32,000 nucleotides of DNA from Halomicronema hongdechloris C2206. GTDB taxonomy: Bacteria > Cyanobacteriota > Cyanobacteriia > Phormidesmidales > Phormidesmidaceae. Below are positions 8,324-17,582 of the stretch, in pieces (position 1 is the stretch's first letter; each line of letters starts with the position of its first letter). Where the stretch lies: NCBI RefSeq assembly GCF_002075285.3, contig NZ_CP021983.2:1170001-1202000 (forward strand), read 5' to 3'. The notes under the pieces are model-generated. The model saw only the letters and a list, made by a program, of their open reading frames with translations. It did no database searches and was not told where the DNA came from. The translations under genes were made by a program, and so were the position numbers.

Positions 8324-9754
8324 ATGTCTTACTCTCAGACATCGACTCAGTCAAAAGCTGGATATAAAGCCGGGGTACAGGACTACAAGCTGACCTACTA
8401 CACCCCGGATTACACCCCGAAAGATACCGACATTCTGGCCGCCTTTAGAATGTCTCCCCAGCCTGGGGTGCCTCCAGAGGAAGCTGGAGCCGCCGTTGCA
8501 GCAGAATCCTCCACGGGGACCTGGACGACGGTGTGGACCGACCTGCTAACCGACCTGGATCGCTATAAGGGTCGGTGCTATGACATCGAGCCTGTCCCTG
8601 GCGAAGACAATCAATACATCGCCTACGTCGCCTATCCTTTGGATCTCTTCGAGGAAGGCTCTGTGACCAACATGCTCACCTCGATCGTAGGCAATGTGTT
8701 TGGGTTCAAGGCTCTGCGAGCCCTGCGTCTAGAAGACCTGAGAATACCCGTTGCTTACCTCAAGACCTTCCAGGGTCCCCCCCATGGCATCACCGTGGAG
8801 CGGGACAAGCTAAATAAGTACGGTCGTCCCTTGCTGGGTTGCACCATTAAGCCCAAGCTGGGGCTGTCGGCTAAGAACTATGGTCGAGCCTGCTATGAAT
8901 GCCTGCGCGGTGGTCTAGACTTCACCAAAGACGACGAAAACATTAATTCTCAGCCGTTTATGCGCTGGCGCGATCGCTTTTTGTTCGTGGCGGATGCTAT
9001 CCACAAGGCCCAGGCTGAAACCGGTGAAATTAAAGGGCACTATCTCAACTGCACCGCTCCTACCTGCGAAGAAATGTTGAAGCGGGCTCAGTTCGCCAAA
9101 GACCTGGAAATGCCCATTGTCATGCACGACTACCTGACCGCTGGCTTTACAGCTAACACTACCCTGGCTAGATGGTGCCGCGACAACGGCCTGCTGTTGC
9201 ACATTCACCGAGCCATGCACGCCGTCATCGATCGCCAGCGTAACCATGGCATGCATTTCCGGGTCTTGGCTAAGTGTTTGCGCATGTCCGGTGGCGACCA
9301 CATCCACACCGGTACCGTGGTCGGCAAGCTGGAAGGTGATCGGGAGAGCACCCTGGGATTCATCGACCTGCTGCGGGAAAACTACGTCGAAGAAGATAAG
9401 TCCCGCGGGGTCTACTTCACCCAAGATTGGGCCTCCATGGGTGGTGTCTTTGCGGTGGCCTCCGGCGGTATTCACGTGTGGCACATGCCGGCTCTGGTGG
9501 AAATCTTCGGCGATGATTCCGTACTGCAGTTCGGTGGTGGTACCCTGGGACACCCCTGGGGCAATGCGCCTGGAGCAACGGCCAACCGAGTTGCCCTGGA
9601 AGCCTGTGTGCAGGCCCGTAACGAAGGTCGTAACCTGGCCCGTGAAGGCTCTGACATCATTAAGGAAGCTGCCAAGTGGTCTCCTGAGCTGGCAGCGGCC
9701 TGCGAACTGTGGAAGGAAATCAAGTTCGAATTTGAGACCATGGATAAGCTCTAA
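8324..9754 (+). CDS. rbcL: RuBisCO large subunit, form IB
   Basis: 476 aa, unmistakable RbcL: [120 protein letters not shown] lies just upstream of the ATG. Confidence 0.99.
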   Translation: MSYSQTSTQSKAGYKAGVQDYKLTYYTPDYTPKDTDILAAFRMSPQPGVPPEEAGAAVAAESSTGTWTTVWTDLLTDLDRYKGRCYDIEPVPGEDNQYIAYVAYPLDLFEEGSVTNMLTSIVGNVFGFKALRALRLEDLRIPVAYLKTFQGPPHGITVERDKLNKYGRPLLGCTIKPKLGLSAKNYGRACYECLRGGLDFTKDDENINSQPFMRWRDRFLFVADAIHKAQAETGEIKGHYLNCTAPTCEEMLKRAQFAKDLEMPIVMHDYLTAGFTANTTLARWCRDNGLLLHIHRAMHAVIDRQRNHGMHFRVLAKCLRMSGGDHIHTGTVVGKLEGDRESTLGFIDLLRENYVEEDKSRGVYFTQDWASMGGVFAVASGGIHVWHMPALVEIFGDDSVLQFGGGTLGHPWGNAPGATANRVALEACVQARNEGRNLAREGSDIIKEAAKWSPELAAACELWKEIKFEFETMDKL

Positions 9755-9944
9755 GGCTATCTAGAAGGATGCGATAGCCCTTTGGGGTGTGGTCTTTGAC
9801 CATTGCATTCTCTGCCCATGGCGTCGTGGTGTTTGACTGCTGTTCCCAAACTGTGAATAGCTGCCTAAAAAAAATGTGGCAGTGGGCTGTAGTCAAGCTA
9901 AGCCATCTCTGCCGAAGTTTCCCCTTAGGGGACCCAGTACATCG

Positions 9945-10358
9945 ATGGATCTCAAGCGCACAGCCAAGGATACCGCCAAGGTACTCATTAGCTATCTCAC
10001 GTTTCAGGCAGTCAAAACTGTCTTAAGCCAGCTTCGGGAGACCGATGTGCCCCGTGCCTACTGGTTGAATGCCTTTTCAACCAGGGAGGCGCTTCAAGAC
10101 GGTGAGGCTTATATCGAAGCCTTACTACAGGAGCATCCTGACTTGGCTATGCGGATTATGACCGTACGCCAGCACATTTTCGAAGAAATTGCCGAGTTTT
10201 TGCCGGAGATGGTGAACAGTGGCATTCAGCAGGCCAATATGGAACACCGACGCCGCCATTTAGAGCAAATCACCCAGATGAGCTCTGATGACTTAGTGGC
10301 TGATGCAGATGCCCGCATCGATATTACACCAGACTCAGAGCCGCCGAATGGGTCTTGA
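9945..10358 (+). CDS. rbcX: RuBisCO assembly chaperone RbcX
   Basis: Positioned between rbcL and rbcS. The N-terminus from ATG 9945 (MDLKRTAKDTAKVLISYLTFQAVKTVLSQLRETD...YWLNAFS) fits RbcX. The track ORF starts earlier (9876), but that extension looks non-coding. Confidence 0.85.
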   Translation: MDLKRTAKDTAKVLISYLTFQAVKTVLSQLRETDVPRAYWLNAFSTREALQDGEAYIEALLQEHPDLAMRIMTVRQHIFEEIAEFLPEMVNSGIQQANMEHRRRHLEQITQMSSDDLVADADARIDITPDSEPPNGS

Positions 10359-10452
10359 AGACAGGACTATGGACGGCAGTGGTAGTCTTTGCCAATCTGT
10401 CTTAAATGCCCTATCGACATCATCCACCATTGAAGATTACTAACGAGGAACC

Positions 10453-10794
10453 ATGAAAACTCTGCCCAAAGAGCGTCGTTACGAGACCCTATCTTATCTG
10501 CCCCCCTTAACGGATGCCCAGATTGAGCGGCAGATTGATTACATCTTGCAGATGGGTTATATTCCTGCGATTGAGTTCAATGAAACCTCGGATCCTGAGG
10601 TTTACTACTGGACCATGTGGAAGCTGCCTCTATTTAATGCCTCTACGCCCCAGGAAGTCCTGAGTGAGGTGCAGGCGTGTCGTTCTGAGTACTCCAACTG
10701 TTTCATCCGAGTGGTGGGCTTTGACAATGTGAAGCAATGCCAAATTCTTAGCTTCATCGTCCACAAGCCGGGTGCCAGCACCTATCGCTACTAA
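10453..10794 (+). CDS. rbcS: RuBisCO small subunit
   Basis: 113 aa: [38 protein letters not shown]...[10 protein letters not shown]...[11 protein letters not shown]. Confidence 0.96.
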   Translation: MKTLPKERRYETLSYLPPLTDAQIERQIDYILQMGYIPAIEFNETSDPEVYYWTMWKLPLFNASTPQEVLSEVQACRSEYSNCFIRVVGFDNVKQCQILSFIVHKPGASTYRY

Positions 10795-10828
10795 AAAGCG
10801 CCCAGCGGCTCGTAGCTAGGCGTCTTAT

Positions 10829-10860
10829 AAAAGCCTGGAGGTAAAGCCTCCAGGCTTTTT
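10829..10860. terminator. Bidirectional intrinsic terminator between convergent rbcS and hemA
   Basis: AAAAGCCTGGAGG-TAAAG-CCTCCAGGCTTTTT: a perfect 10-bp GC-rich stem (10832-10841 / 10847-10856). It is flanked by an A-run on one side and a T-run on the other, so it reads as hairpin plus U-tract on both strands. Confidence 0.75.
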
Positions 10861-10889
10861 CAGGCTTTCTGTAGCCGTAGACAAAGAAT

Positions 10890-12176
10890 CTACTTTTTGC
10901 TCGGGGTAGGCTCCAGGTTAAACAACAAGTGGAGGGTTTGCATGGCATGCTTGCGGGCTTCGATATCTCGCTGGGCCCGCAACTGCACCATGGGATCATG
11001 GAGAATTTTATTGACGATACCCCGGGTCAGAGCTTCGATGACCTCTTGATGCTTCTCCCCGAATTCGGCGCCTAGGCGAGAGAGGGCTTTCTCGAGTTCC
11101 TGCTCTCGAATTGACTCAATTTTGCTGCGCAGGCTGCTGATGGTCACAACTGTGTCTAAGGAGCGCCACCAGTCTAGAAAACTATCGACTTCATTCTCTA
11201 GAATCGCTTCGGCCTCCATAGCCATACGGCGACGGCTCTCCTGATTCTGAGCAACGACGGCTTTTAAGTCGTCTACGTTAAAGGCGTGAACATTATCGAG
11301 GTCATTGGTGTTGCGGTGCACATTACGAGGCACGGCAATATCAAACAACATCATCGATTGATCTGGTGACAGAATAGCTTCTAAGGCCTGACGATCCAGA
11401 ATAGGCTCGGTAGCTGATGTACAGGTAAAGACTACGTCGGAGGCAACTAAGGTGGCCTCTAACTCGTCCATGGTGCCAGTGCGGATGGAGGCTTGCTGAA
11501 ACTGCGCGGCTAATTCATTGGCTCGAGGTAGGGTGCGGTTGAGAATGGTAATTTGGGTGGCGTCTTTGGACAGGAGATGCTGTACCAACAACCGGGCCAT
11601 CTTACCGGCTCCTAGAATACTGATGCGGCAGTCGCCGAGATTAGGTTGCTTCAGTTTGGCTAACTCAACGGCCGCGGAGCTGATGGAAACGGCACCGCTG
11701 CCAATGTTGGTTTCGGTGCGAACTCGCTTACCGGCAGTGATGGCTTGCTTCAGTAGACGGTTCAAGATGCGGCTAGCCCCTTTGTGTTGCTGGGCTAGTT
11801 GATGGGCATGTTTCACCTGGGACAGTATCTGCCCTTCCCCGAGAACTAGGCTGTCGAGCCCTGCCGACACCCGCATCAGATGGGTAATGGCGTCTTGATG
11901 CAGCAGGATGAATAGATGCTGTCGCAGCTCATGGAGGGAGAGTTGCCCGTAGTCTGCTAGGAACTGGGTAACTTCGCGCACCCCCTGTTCGGTCTCTTCC
12001 GTGACAATGAGAATCTCTAAGCGGTTACAGGTGCTCAGAATGGTGACTTCTTCGATATGAGGGTAGCTGGTGAGTTGTGCGATCGCATCGGCGGTCTGGG
12101 GCGTTGGAATGCTTAGCTTTTCGCGGACTTCAACGGGTGCGGTTTTATGGCTTAAGCCCACTACGGCGATATTCAT
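10890..12176 (-). CDS. hemA: Glutamyl-tRNA reductase
   Basis: [22 protein letters not shown]...[10 protein letters not shown]...[24 protein letters not shown]...[11 protein letters not shown] prefer ATG 12176, which is preceded by GGGAGGAAG, over the track TTG at 12191. Confidence 0.93.
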   Translation of the reverse strand: MNIAVVGLSHKTAPVEVREKLSIPTPQTADAIAQLTSYPHIEEVTILSTCNRLEILIVTEETEQGVREVTQFLADYGQLSLHELRQHLFILLHQDAITHLMRVSAGLDSLVLGEGQILSQVKHAHQLAQQHKGASRILNRLLKQAITAGKRVRTETNIGSGAVSISSAAVELAKLKQPNLGDCRISILGAGKMARLLVQHLLSKDATQITILNRTLPRANELAAQFQQASIRTGTMDELEATLVASDVVFTCTSATEPILDRQALEAILSPDQSMMLFDIAVPRNVHRNTNDLDNVHAFNVDDLKAVVAQNQESRRRMAMEAEAILENEVDSFLDWWRSLDTVVTISSLRSKIESIREQELEKALSRLGAEFGEKHQEVIEALTRGIVNKILHDPMVQLRAQRDIEARKHAMQTLHLLFNLEPTPSKK

Positions 12177-12515
12177 TCTTCCTCCCAACAACGTTTCTTA
12201 ATGCATTGGCCCAAGCGGGGCGATCGCTTGATTTAAACAGGCTTTGGCAATTTCAAGGAACGCCAACAATTTTGAACTTAAAAAGAAACCGAGCCCGACT
12301 CAAGAAAACTCAACAAAAGTCCATCAAATTGGCGTTACAGAGACCAAAGGACGATAACAAAGTCAACAAAAAGGGATAAAGCGTCGACCTACAAGGGGAC
12401 TACCTCTATCCCATGGTAAAGATAAATGTCCGGTATTTGTTGACATACAAAGCCAGCAGCAGGGGAAGCATGCCCCATCGTTGCTGAGGGATGATGGTTA
12501 CAGGGCAATTGGCCC

Positions 12516-13553
12516 CTAGCGTAATTGCAATGACTTGGGCTGGTCGAACATGTGGATAGTGTCGACAAAGCGGGCGGTCTTGGACTGGCTGGAAATAACT
12601 AGACTCTGGGTACGGGCACCCCCATGGAAGAACCGCACCCCGTCCATGAGATCGCCCTTGGTGATGCCAGTGGCTGCGAACAGGACGGTTTCTCCAGAGG
12701 CTAGGTCTTCGGCGTTATAGACCTTGTCGGGATCGGTGATGCCCATTTCCGAGAGGCGAGCGATGTTGTCTTCTTTGCTCTCGCCAATGAGGCCGGTTTT
12801 AACCACGGCGGGGTCGTAGACTAATTGCCCCTGGAAATGGCCTCCCAGGCAGCGCATGGCGGCGGCAGAAATCACCCCTTCTGGGGCTGCCCCGATGCCC
12901 ATGAGGGCATGGACGTTAGTGCCCATGAAGGCGCAGGAGAGGGCGGCAGAGACATCGCCGTCGGAAATTAGCCGCACCCGAGCGCCGGCGTCACGGATTT
13001 CCCGAATTAAATCCTTGTGCCGATCCCGCTTCATGACCACGACAACCAGCTCGTCGAGGCTGCGATCGAGGCACTCAGACAAAATCTTCAGGTTCTCGGT
13101 GGCGGACTTATTGATGTCCACATGTCCCCTAGCCCGAGCCGGAGCTGCCAGTTTCTTCATGTAAAAGTCAGGGGCGGCAAAGAGTCCGCCTTTTTCGGAG
13201 ATGGCAAGTACGGCCATGGACCCCGGTTGACCATAAGCCACTAAGTTGGTGCCTTCACAGGGATCGACAGCGATATCGATCTCGAGCAATTCATCGGGAT
13301 TACAGAAGGCATTGGCGTTTTCGTGGGTGCAGATACCGACTTCTTCGCCGATATAGAGCATGGGGGCGTCGTCCCGTTCTCCCTCACCAATGACGATGCG
13401 ACCCCGCATGTGGATCTGGTTCATGCGCTCCCGCATGGCTTCCACGGCCACATGATCGGCGGTATTTTTATCGCCTCTTCCCATCCAGCGGGAGGATGCG
13501 ATCGCAGCTTGTTCAACGACTTCAATAATCTCTAAACCGAGGGTGCTTTCCAC
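12516..13553 (-). CDS. glpX: Class II (GlpX-type) fructose-1,6-/sedoheptulose-1,7-bisphosphatase
   Basis: From GTG 13553: (M)[44 protein letters not shown]...[21 protein letters not shown]...[10 protein letters not shown]...[26 protein letters not shown]. This gives 345 aa, the usual cyanobacterial length. The upstream 58 codons of the track ORF look spurious. Confidence 0.9.
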   Translation of the reverse strand: MESTLGLEIIEVVEQAAIASSRWMGRGDKNTADHVAVEAMRERMNQIHMRGRIVIGEGERDDAPMLYIGEEVGICTHENANAFCNPDELLEIDIAVDPCEGTNLVAYGQPGSMAVLAISEKGGLFAAPDFYMKKLAAPARARGHVDINKSATENLKILSECLDRSLDELVVVVMKRDRHKDLIREIRDAGARVRLISDGDVSAALSCAFMGTNVHALMGIGAAPEGVISAAAMRCLGGHFQGQLVYDPAVVKTGLIGESKEDNIARLSEMGITDPDKVYNAEDLASGETVLFAATGITKGDLMDGVRFFHGGARTQSLVISSQSKTARFVDTIHMFDQPKSLQLR

Positions 13554-13746
13554 GGGACAAATCCTCCAAAACTGCCGTATTTGCGTCCTTCTGCCACGCC
13601 TAACCTCAGTGACATAGTCTATCAGACGGTGGTAGTCGGGGATAGTGGGAATCGCCACTGACTCCAGGCTGGATGCCGCTGTCTTAAACTGCAGCCGGTA
13701 CACTGAATCAGTGGTCAAGTGGTTCATGGCAGGAAAGGAGATAGGG

Positions 13747-15333
13747 ATGGACGCAGCAGCTCTCTGGCACCGCTACCGAGACTGGCTCTACTATGACGCC
13801 GGGCTGAGGATATATCTGGATATCAGTCGCATGCAGTTTGACGCGGCGTTTGTGCAGCAAATGACTCCGCGCTTTGAAAAGGCGTTTAAGGACATGGCGG
13901 CCTTGGAACAAGGTGCGATCGCAAATCCGGACGAAGATCGCATGGTGGGTCACTATTGGCTGCGGGATCCAGATTTGGCGCCGACCCCAGAGTTGCGACA
14001 GAGCATCATCGACACCCTGGTTGACATTGAGCAGTTCGCCAGCCAGATTCGCACCAGTGTCATCTATCCCCCTGGCCAAGAACGCTTCACCGACATTCTC
14101 TCCATTGGCATCGGCGGCTCTGCCCTGGGGCCTCAGTTTGTGGCCCAGGCCCTGGGTCCCGACTTCCCTCCCTTGGCTATTCACTTCATCGACAACACCG
14201 ACCCCGAAGGCATTGACCGTATCCTGGCTCGTCTAGACGATCGCCTCAGTACCACTATCGTCCTGGTGATTTCCAAGTCGGGGGGAACCCCCGAAACCCG
14301 CAACGGCATGATCGAAGTGCGGACGCGCTTCGAGCAGAAAGGATTGCACTTCCCTCGTCAGGCCGTCGCCATCACTGGTGTCGACAGTAAACTCGATGTC
14401 CTCGCTAAGCAAGAGGGCTGGCTGGCCACTTTCCCCATGCATGACTGGGTGGGGGGACGCACCTCAGAGCTATCGGCGGTGGGCCTACTGCCAGCGGCCC
14501 TACAGGGCATCGATATTCGCTCCATCCTGGGCGGAGCCAAGGCCATGGATGCGTTGACTCGAGTACCACGGCTACGGGATAATCCGGCGGCCCTGTTGGC
14601 CTTGGCCTGGTACCACGCGGGTAATGGCAAGGGTGAGAAAGACATGGTGATTCTGCCCTACAAAGATAGCCTGCTGTTGTTTAGCCGCTATCTGCAACAG
14701 CTAGTAATGGAGTCCCTAGGCAAAGAAAAAGACCTAGACGGCAACGTCGTGTATCAGGGCATTGCCGTCTATGGCAATAAGGGCTCCACCGATCAGCATG
14801 CCTATGTCCAGCAGTTACGGGAAGGGGTGCCCAGTTTCTTTGTCACCTTCATCGAAGTACTCAAAGACCGGGACGGCAAGTCCCCTGATGTAGAATCCGA
14901 CGTCACGGCCGGAGATTATCTGTTTGGTCTATTGCAGGGAACTCGTCGAGCCCTGTTCGAAAAAGACCGTGAGTCGATTACCATCACCATCCCCGAGGTT
15001 AGTGCTCACATGGTGGGGGCCTTGATTGCTTTCTATGAGCGGGCTGTGGGCCTCTATGCCTCCCTGGTTAATGTCAACGCGTATCACCAGCCCGGGGTAG
15101 AGGCAGGAAAGAAAGCGGCAGCCAGCGTATTGGAGTTACAGCGGCAAGTAGTGCGAACCCTGCAACAGGCCGACCGCCCCCTTTCCCTTGAGGAACTGGC
15201 AGCCCAGACCCAACACAGCGACGATATTGAGATCATTTACACCCTGCTTCGTCATCTCCACGCCAACCAGCGCGGCGTCACCATCCAGGGAGACCCAGGC
15301 TCTCCTCTAGATCTCACCGTGACCGCCCCCTAG
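13747..15333 (+). CDS. pgi: Glucose-6-phosphate isomerase
   Basis: From ATG 13747 (GGAGA upstream): [16 protein letters not shown]...[10 protein letters not shown]...[13 protein letters not shown]...[14 protein letters not shown]...[20 protein letters not shown]...[15 protein letters not shown]...[13 protein letters not shown]. Confidence 0.93.
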   Translation: MDAAALWHRYRDWLYYDAGLRIYLDISRMQFDAAFVQQMTPRFEKAFKDMAALEQGAIANPDEDRMVGHYWLRDPDLAPTPELRQSIIDTLVDIEQFASQIRTSVIYPPGQERFTDILSIGIGGSALGPQFVAQALGPDFPPLAIHFIDNTDPEGIDRILARLDDRLSTTIVLVISKSGGTPETRNGMIEVRTRFEQKGLHFPRQAVAITGVDSKLDVLAKQEGWLATFPMHDWVGGRTSELSAVGLLPAALQGIDIRSILGGAKAMDALTRVPRLRDNPAALLALAWYHAGNGKGEKDMVILPYKDSLLLFSRYLQQLVMESLGKEKDLDGNVVYQGIAVYGNKGSTDQHAYVQQLREGVPSFFVTFIEVLKDRDGKSPDVESDVTAGDYLFGLLQGTRRALFEKDRESITITIPEVSAHMVGALIAFYERAVGLYASLVNVNAYHQPGVEAGKKAAASVLELQRQVVRTLQQADRPLSLEELAAQTQHSDDIEIIYTLLRHLHANQRGVTIQGDPGSPLDLTVTAP

Positions 15334-15393
15334 GCCTCTGCGGCAGAAATAATGCCTCTGTTGACTAGAGCGGCAAGGCTACATTTATCAGGA

Positions 15394-15430
15394 TCTCCCT
15401 TTCTGCCTTCTGCCTTCCTACTTCTGCCTT
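15394..15430. repeat. Short heptamer tandem array (TTCTGCC type) downstream of pgi
   Basis: TCTCCCT TTCTGCC TTCTGCC TTCCTAC TTCTGCC TT, read directly, in 7-nt register. Confidence 0.6.
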
Positions 15431-15734
15431 GGCATACTAGGCGATGCCATCGCGAGCTCAGCCGAGGCCATGACCACAGCTGTACTGTTTAGACGGCGCA
15501 ATAGTTCTGCGCCAGCGCATGTACCGGGTCATGGCCCAGTTTACCCGCAGCGATCCTTTGCAGCGTCAGGCCCAGAGGCCACGTAAATTCTGGTCGGACT
15601 CAACCGATGATGACTGTTACCAAGCGTGAGCTGACTGTATCCGGAAGCATACAAAATGTAATGTTTGCCTAGCCCATTGCCATGGGGCTCCCTGACATTG
15701 AGCTTTGATAGGTGATGGCGGCTGGCTGTTAGCG

Positions 15735-17207
15735 ATGGCAGTACGGGGGATAGCTAAGCCTAGATGCGTTTGGATATCAGCGGTGTCATCATTCTCTTCT
15801 GGCTGCAAATGGGGGGTTCTAGGAGCCGTCAGCCTGTTATTCACCCTGACCGTTGGCCGTTGGCAGGCCCGCGATTCCCTACCCCCTGCCTTAGACCCCC
15901 TGCCTCAAGATCCACAGATTCAGGTGTATTTCAATCAGGTCCAGTCCGATACCTATCGGGATGCCTACCGCGACATTGAGCGCTACGGCGATGACCTAGA
16001 ACACCAGATTATTGCCGTGATCGAACAAGCCCGGGTCTCCATCGACGTGGCCGTCCATGAGCTGAATCTACCAGGAATTGCCCAAGCCCTGCGAGAGCGC
16101 AGTCAAGCTGGAGTGGCGGTGCGAGTAATCCTAGAAGATACCTACAGCCGCTCTTGGAGCCAATTTACGCCGACCGACTTAGCCGACCTTGATGGCCGCG
16201 ATCGCACCAAATATGAAGACTTTCTGCAACTAACCGATGGCGATGGGGACGGCCAACTGAGTCCCGACGAGCTCAGCCAACGGGATGCCCTGTATATTCT
16301 GCAGCAAGCCCAGATCCCCATCCTAGATGACACCGCCGATGGGTCTAAAGGTAGTGGCCTGATGCACCATAAATTCATGGTGGTAGACGGACGCTACGTC
16401 GTCACCGGGTCTGCCAACTGGACCCTCAGTGGCATCCACGGCGATCTAGACAACCCCGACAGCCGTGGCAATACCAACCACATCATTGTCTTAGACAGCG
16501 TTCCCGTGGCCCGTATCTTTCAGCAAGAGTTTACCTATCTCTGGGGAGACGGCCCCGGCGGGGCCCCTGACAGTCTTTTCGGGCTAGGCAAACCCTATCG
16601 CCCGGCCCAAACTGTAAGTCTCCCCGGCAGCATCCTGACGGTGCAGTTTTCGCCCACGTCGTCCTCTCGACCTTGGACCCAGAGCGGTAACGGCTTGATT
16701 GACCAGATCCTGAGGACTGCTACCCAACAGGTGAGCCTGGCCCTATTCGTCTTCTCGGACCAGCCCCTGAGCGATACCTTGGCTGCCAGAAGCGAAGCCG
16801 GAGTCGAGGTAAGTGCCCTGATCGATCCCAGCTTTGTCTACCGAGGTTACAGCGAAGCCCTGGACATGCTGGGGCTGGCCATGCCCGACCACCGCTGTCA
16901 ATACGAGGCCAATAACCGTCCTTGGCCCTCCCCCATCTTGACCGTCGGTACTGCGGAACTGCCGCCTGGAGACAAACTCCACCATAAATTTGCAGTAATT
17001 GATAGCAATATCGTCATCTCCGGTTCCCAAAACTGGAGCCAAGCGGCCAACCAACTCAACGACGAGAATCTGGTTGTGATCCATAACCCCACCGTGGCGG
17101 CTCATTTTCAACGGGAATTCGACCGACTATACAACCTTGGGGAAGTCGGCATCACCCCAGAATTGCAAGTACGACTGCAAAAACAACGACGCAAATGTAA
17201 CCTCTAG
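15735..17207 (+). CDS. Membrane-anchored phospholipase D / Nuc-like family protein with two HKD motifs and an EF-hand insert
   Basis: HKD1 is HHKFMVVDGRYVVTGSANW (16365-16421). HKD2 is HHKFAVIDSNIVISGSQNW (16980-17036). N-terminal hydrophobic helix WGVLGAVSLLFTLTV. The start is uncertain: track TTG 15705, or first ATG 15735. Confidence 0.78.
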   Translation: MAVRGIAKPRCVWISAVSSFSSGCKWGVLGAVSLLFTLTVGRWQARDSLPPALDPLPQDPQIQVYFNQVQSDTYRDAYRDIERYGDDLEHQIIAVIEQARVSIDVAVHELNLPGIAQALRERSQAGVAVRVILEDTYSRSWSQFTPTDLADLDGRDRTKYEDFLQLTDGDGDGQLSPDELSQRDALYILQQAQIPILDDTADGSKGSGLMHHKFMVVDGRYVVTGSANWTLSGIHGDLDNPDSRGNTNHIIVLDSVPVARIFQQEFTYLWGDGPGGAPDSLFGLGKPYRPAQTVSLPGSILTVQFSPTSSSRPWTQSGNGLIDQILRTATQQVSLALFVFSDQPLSDTLAARSEAGVEVSALIDPSFVYRGYSEALDMLGLAMPDHRCQYEANNRPWPSPILTVGTAELPPGDKLHHKFAVIDSNIVISGSQNWSQAANQLNDENLVVIHNPTVAAHFQREFDRLYNLGEVGITPELQVRLQKQRRKCNL

Positions 17208-17248
17208 GGGAAGGCAGCATAACCCTTATTTCCCGTGCCAGAATAGTT

Positions 17249-17311
17249 GGAGAGTGGGAGGGTGAAGAATGAAGAATGAAGAATGAAGAGTGAAGAGTGA
17301 AGAGTGAAGAG
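17249..17311. repeat. Heptamer tandem array: (GAAGAAT)x3 then (GAAGAGT)x3 plus a partial unit (GAAGAG), preceded by degenerate units
   Basis: Read directly: GGAGAGT GGGAGGGT GAAGAAT GAAGAAT GAAGAAT GAAGAGT GAAGAGT GAAGAGT GAAGAG. Confidence 0.9.
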
Positions 17312-17423
17312 CTTGCCCTGTTCGCGTTTCGCAAGCGACATGAAACGCGAAGCGAGTGCTTTGCACTCAGCGGCTCCGGAGGAGCAACATAGTCGAAGGG
17401 TGAAAAGTGATTCATTTCGCGCC

Positions 17424-17467
17424 CGCTACTCGCTACTCGTTACTTGCCACTCTCGTTACTCGTTACT
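17424..17467. repeat. Heptamer tandem array (CGCTACT/CGTTACT type), roughly inverted relative to the 17249 array
   Basis: CGCTACT CGCTACT CGTTACT TGCCACT (CT) CGTTACT CGTTACT. The reverse complement AGTAACG resembles the AGTGAAG register of the left array. Confidence 0.8.
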
Positions 17468-17582
17468 TAATCACCCCGCCTCCCCTAAGCCCTGCGGGTA
17501 GGCTACGCCTTTCTTGAATGCCGTTAGACTATACACCCTACCACTCACCGACTCGCCTACCTTTTCATCTGCCGCTTTCCCC

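Noticed and set aside
8915-9764. Long ORFs inside rbcL: 8915-9553 on the minus strand (212 aa), 9246-9764 in an alternative + frame (172 aa), and 9472-9741 on the minus strand
   Set aside because: They lie entirely within the unmistakable rbcL frame. Their translations are low-complexity (Gly/Pro/Ser/Val-rich). Open alternative frames like these are typical of GC-rich coding DNA.
13708-14645. Minus-strand ORFs 13708-14184, 14233-14442 and 14358-14645, plus + frame 13874-14236, inside pgi
   Set aside because: All are nested in the strongly supported pgi frame, with low-complexity translations.
15470-15629. Small ORFs downstream of pgi: 38 aa MTTAVLFRRRNSSAPAHVPGHGPVYPQRSFAASGPEAT and 32 aa MAQFTRSDPLQRQAQRPRKFWSDSTDDDCYQA
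   Set aside because: They overlap each other in different frames. Neither has a Shine-Dalgarno sequence or a recognisable family, and nothing distinguishes them from chance ORFs.
17249-17467. Whether the tandem arrays (here and at 29133-29365) could be a CRISPR array
   Set aside because: The units are 7 nt with no intervening unique spacers. There are no 24-40 nt repeats at regular 55-75 nt spacing and no cas genes in the window.
17152-17501. ORFs 17152-17415 (-) and 17304-17501 (+) in the PLD/ABC spacer
   Set aside because: The translations (for example LHSSFFILHSSPSHSP) are simply the heptamer arrays read as codons. There is no start context. The same repeat-derived peptides appear at the second repeat locus.
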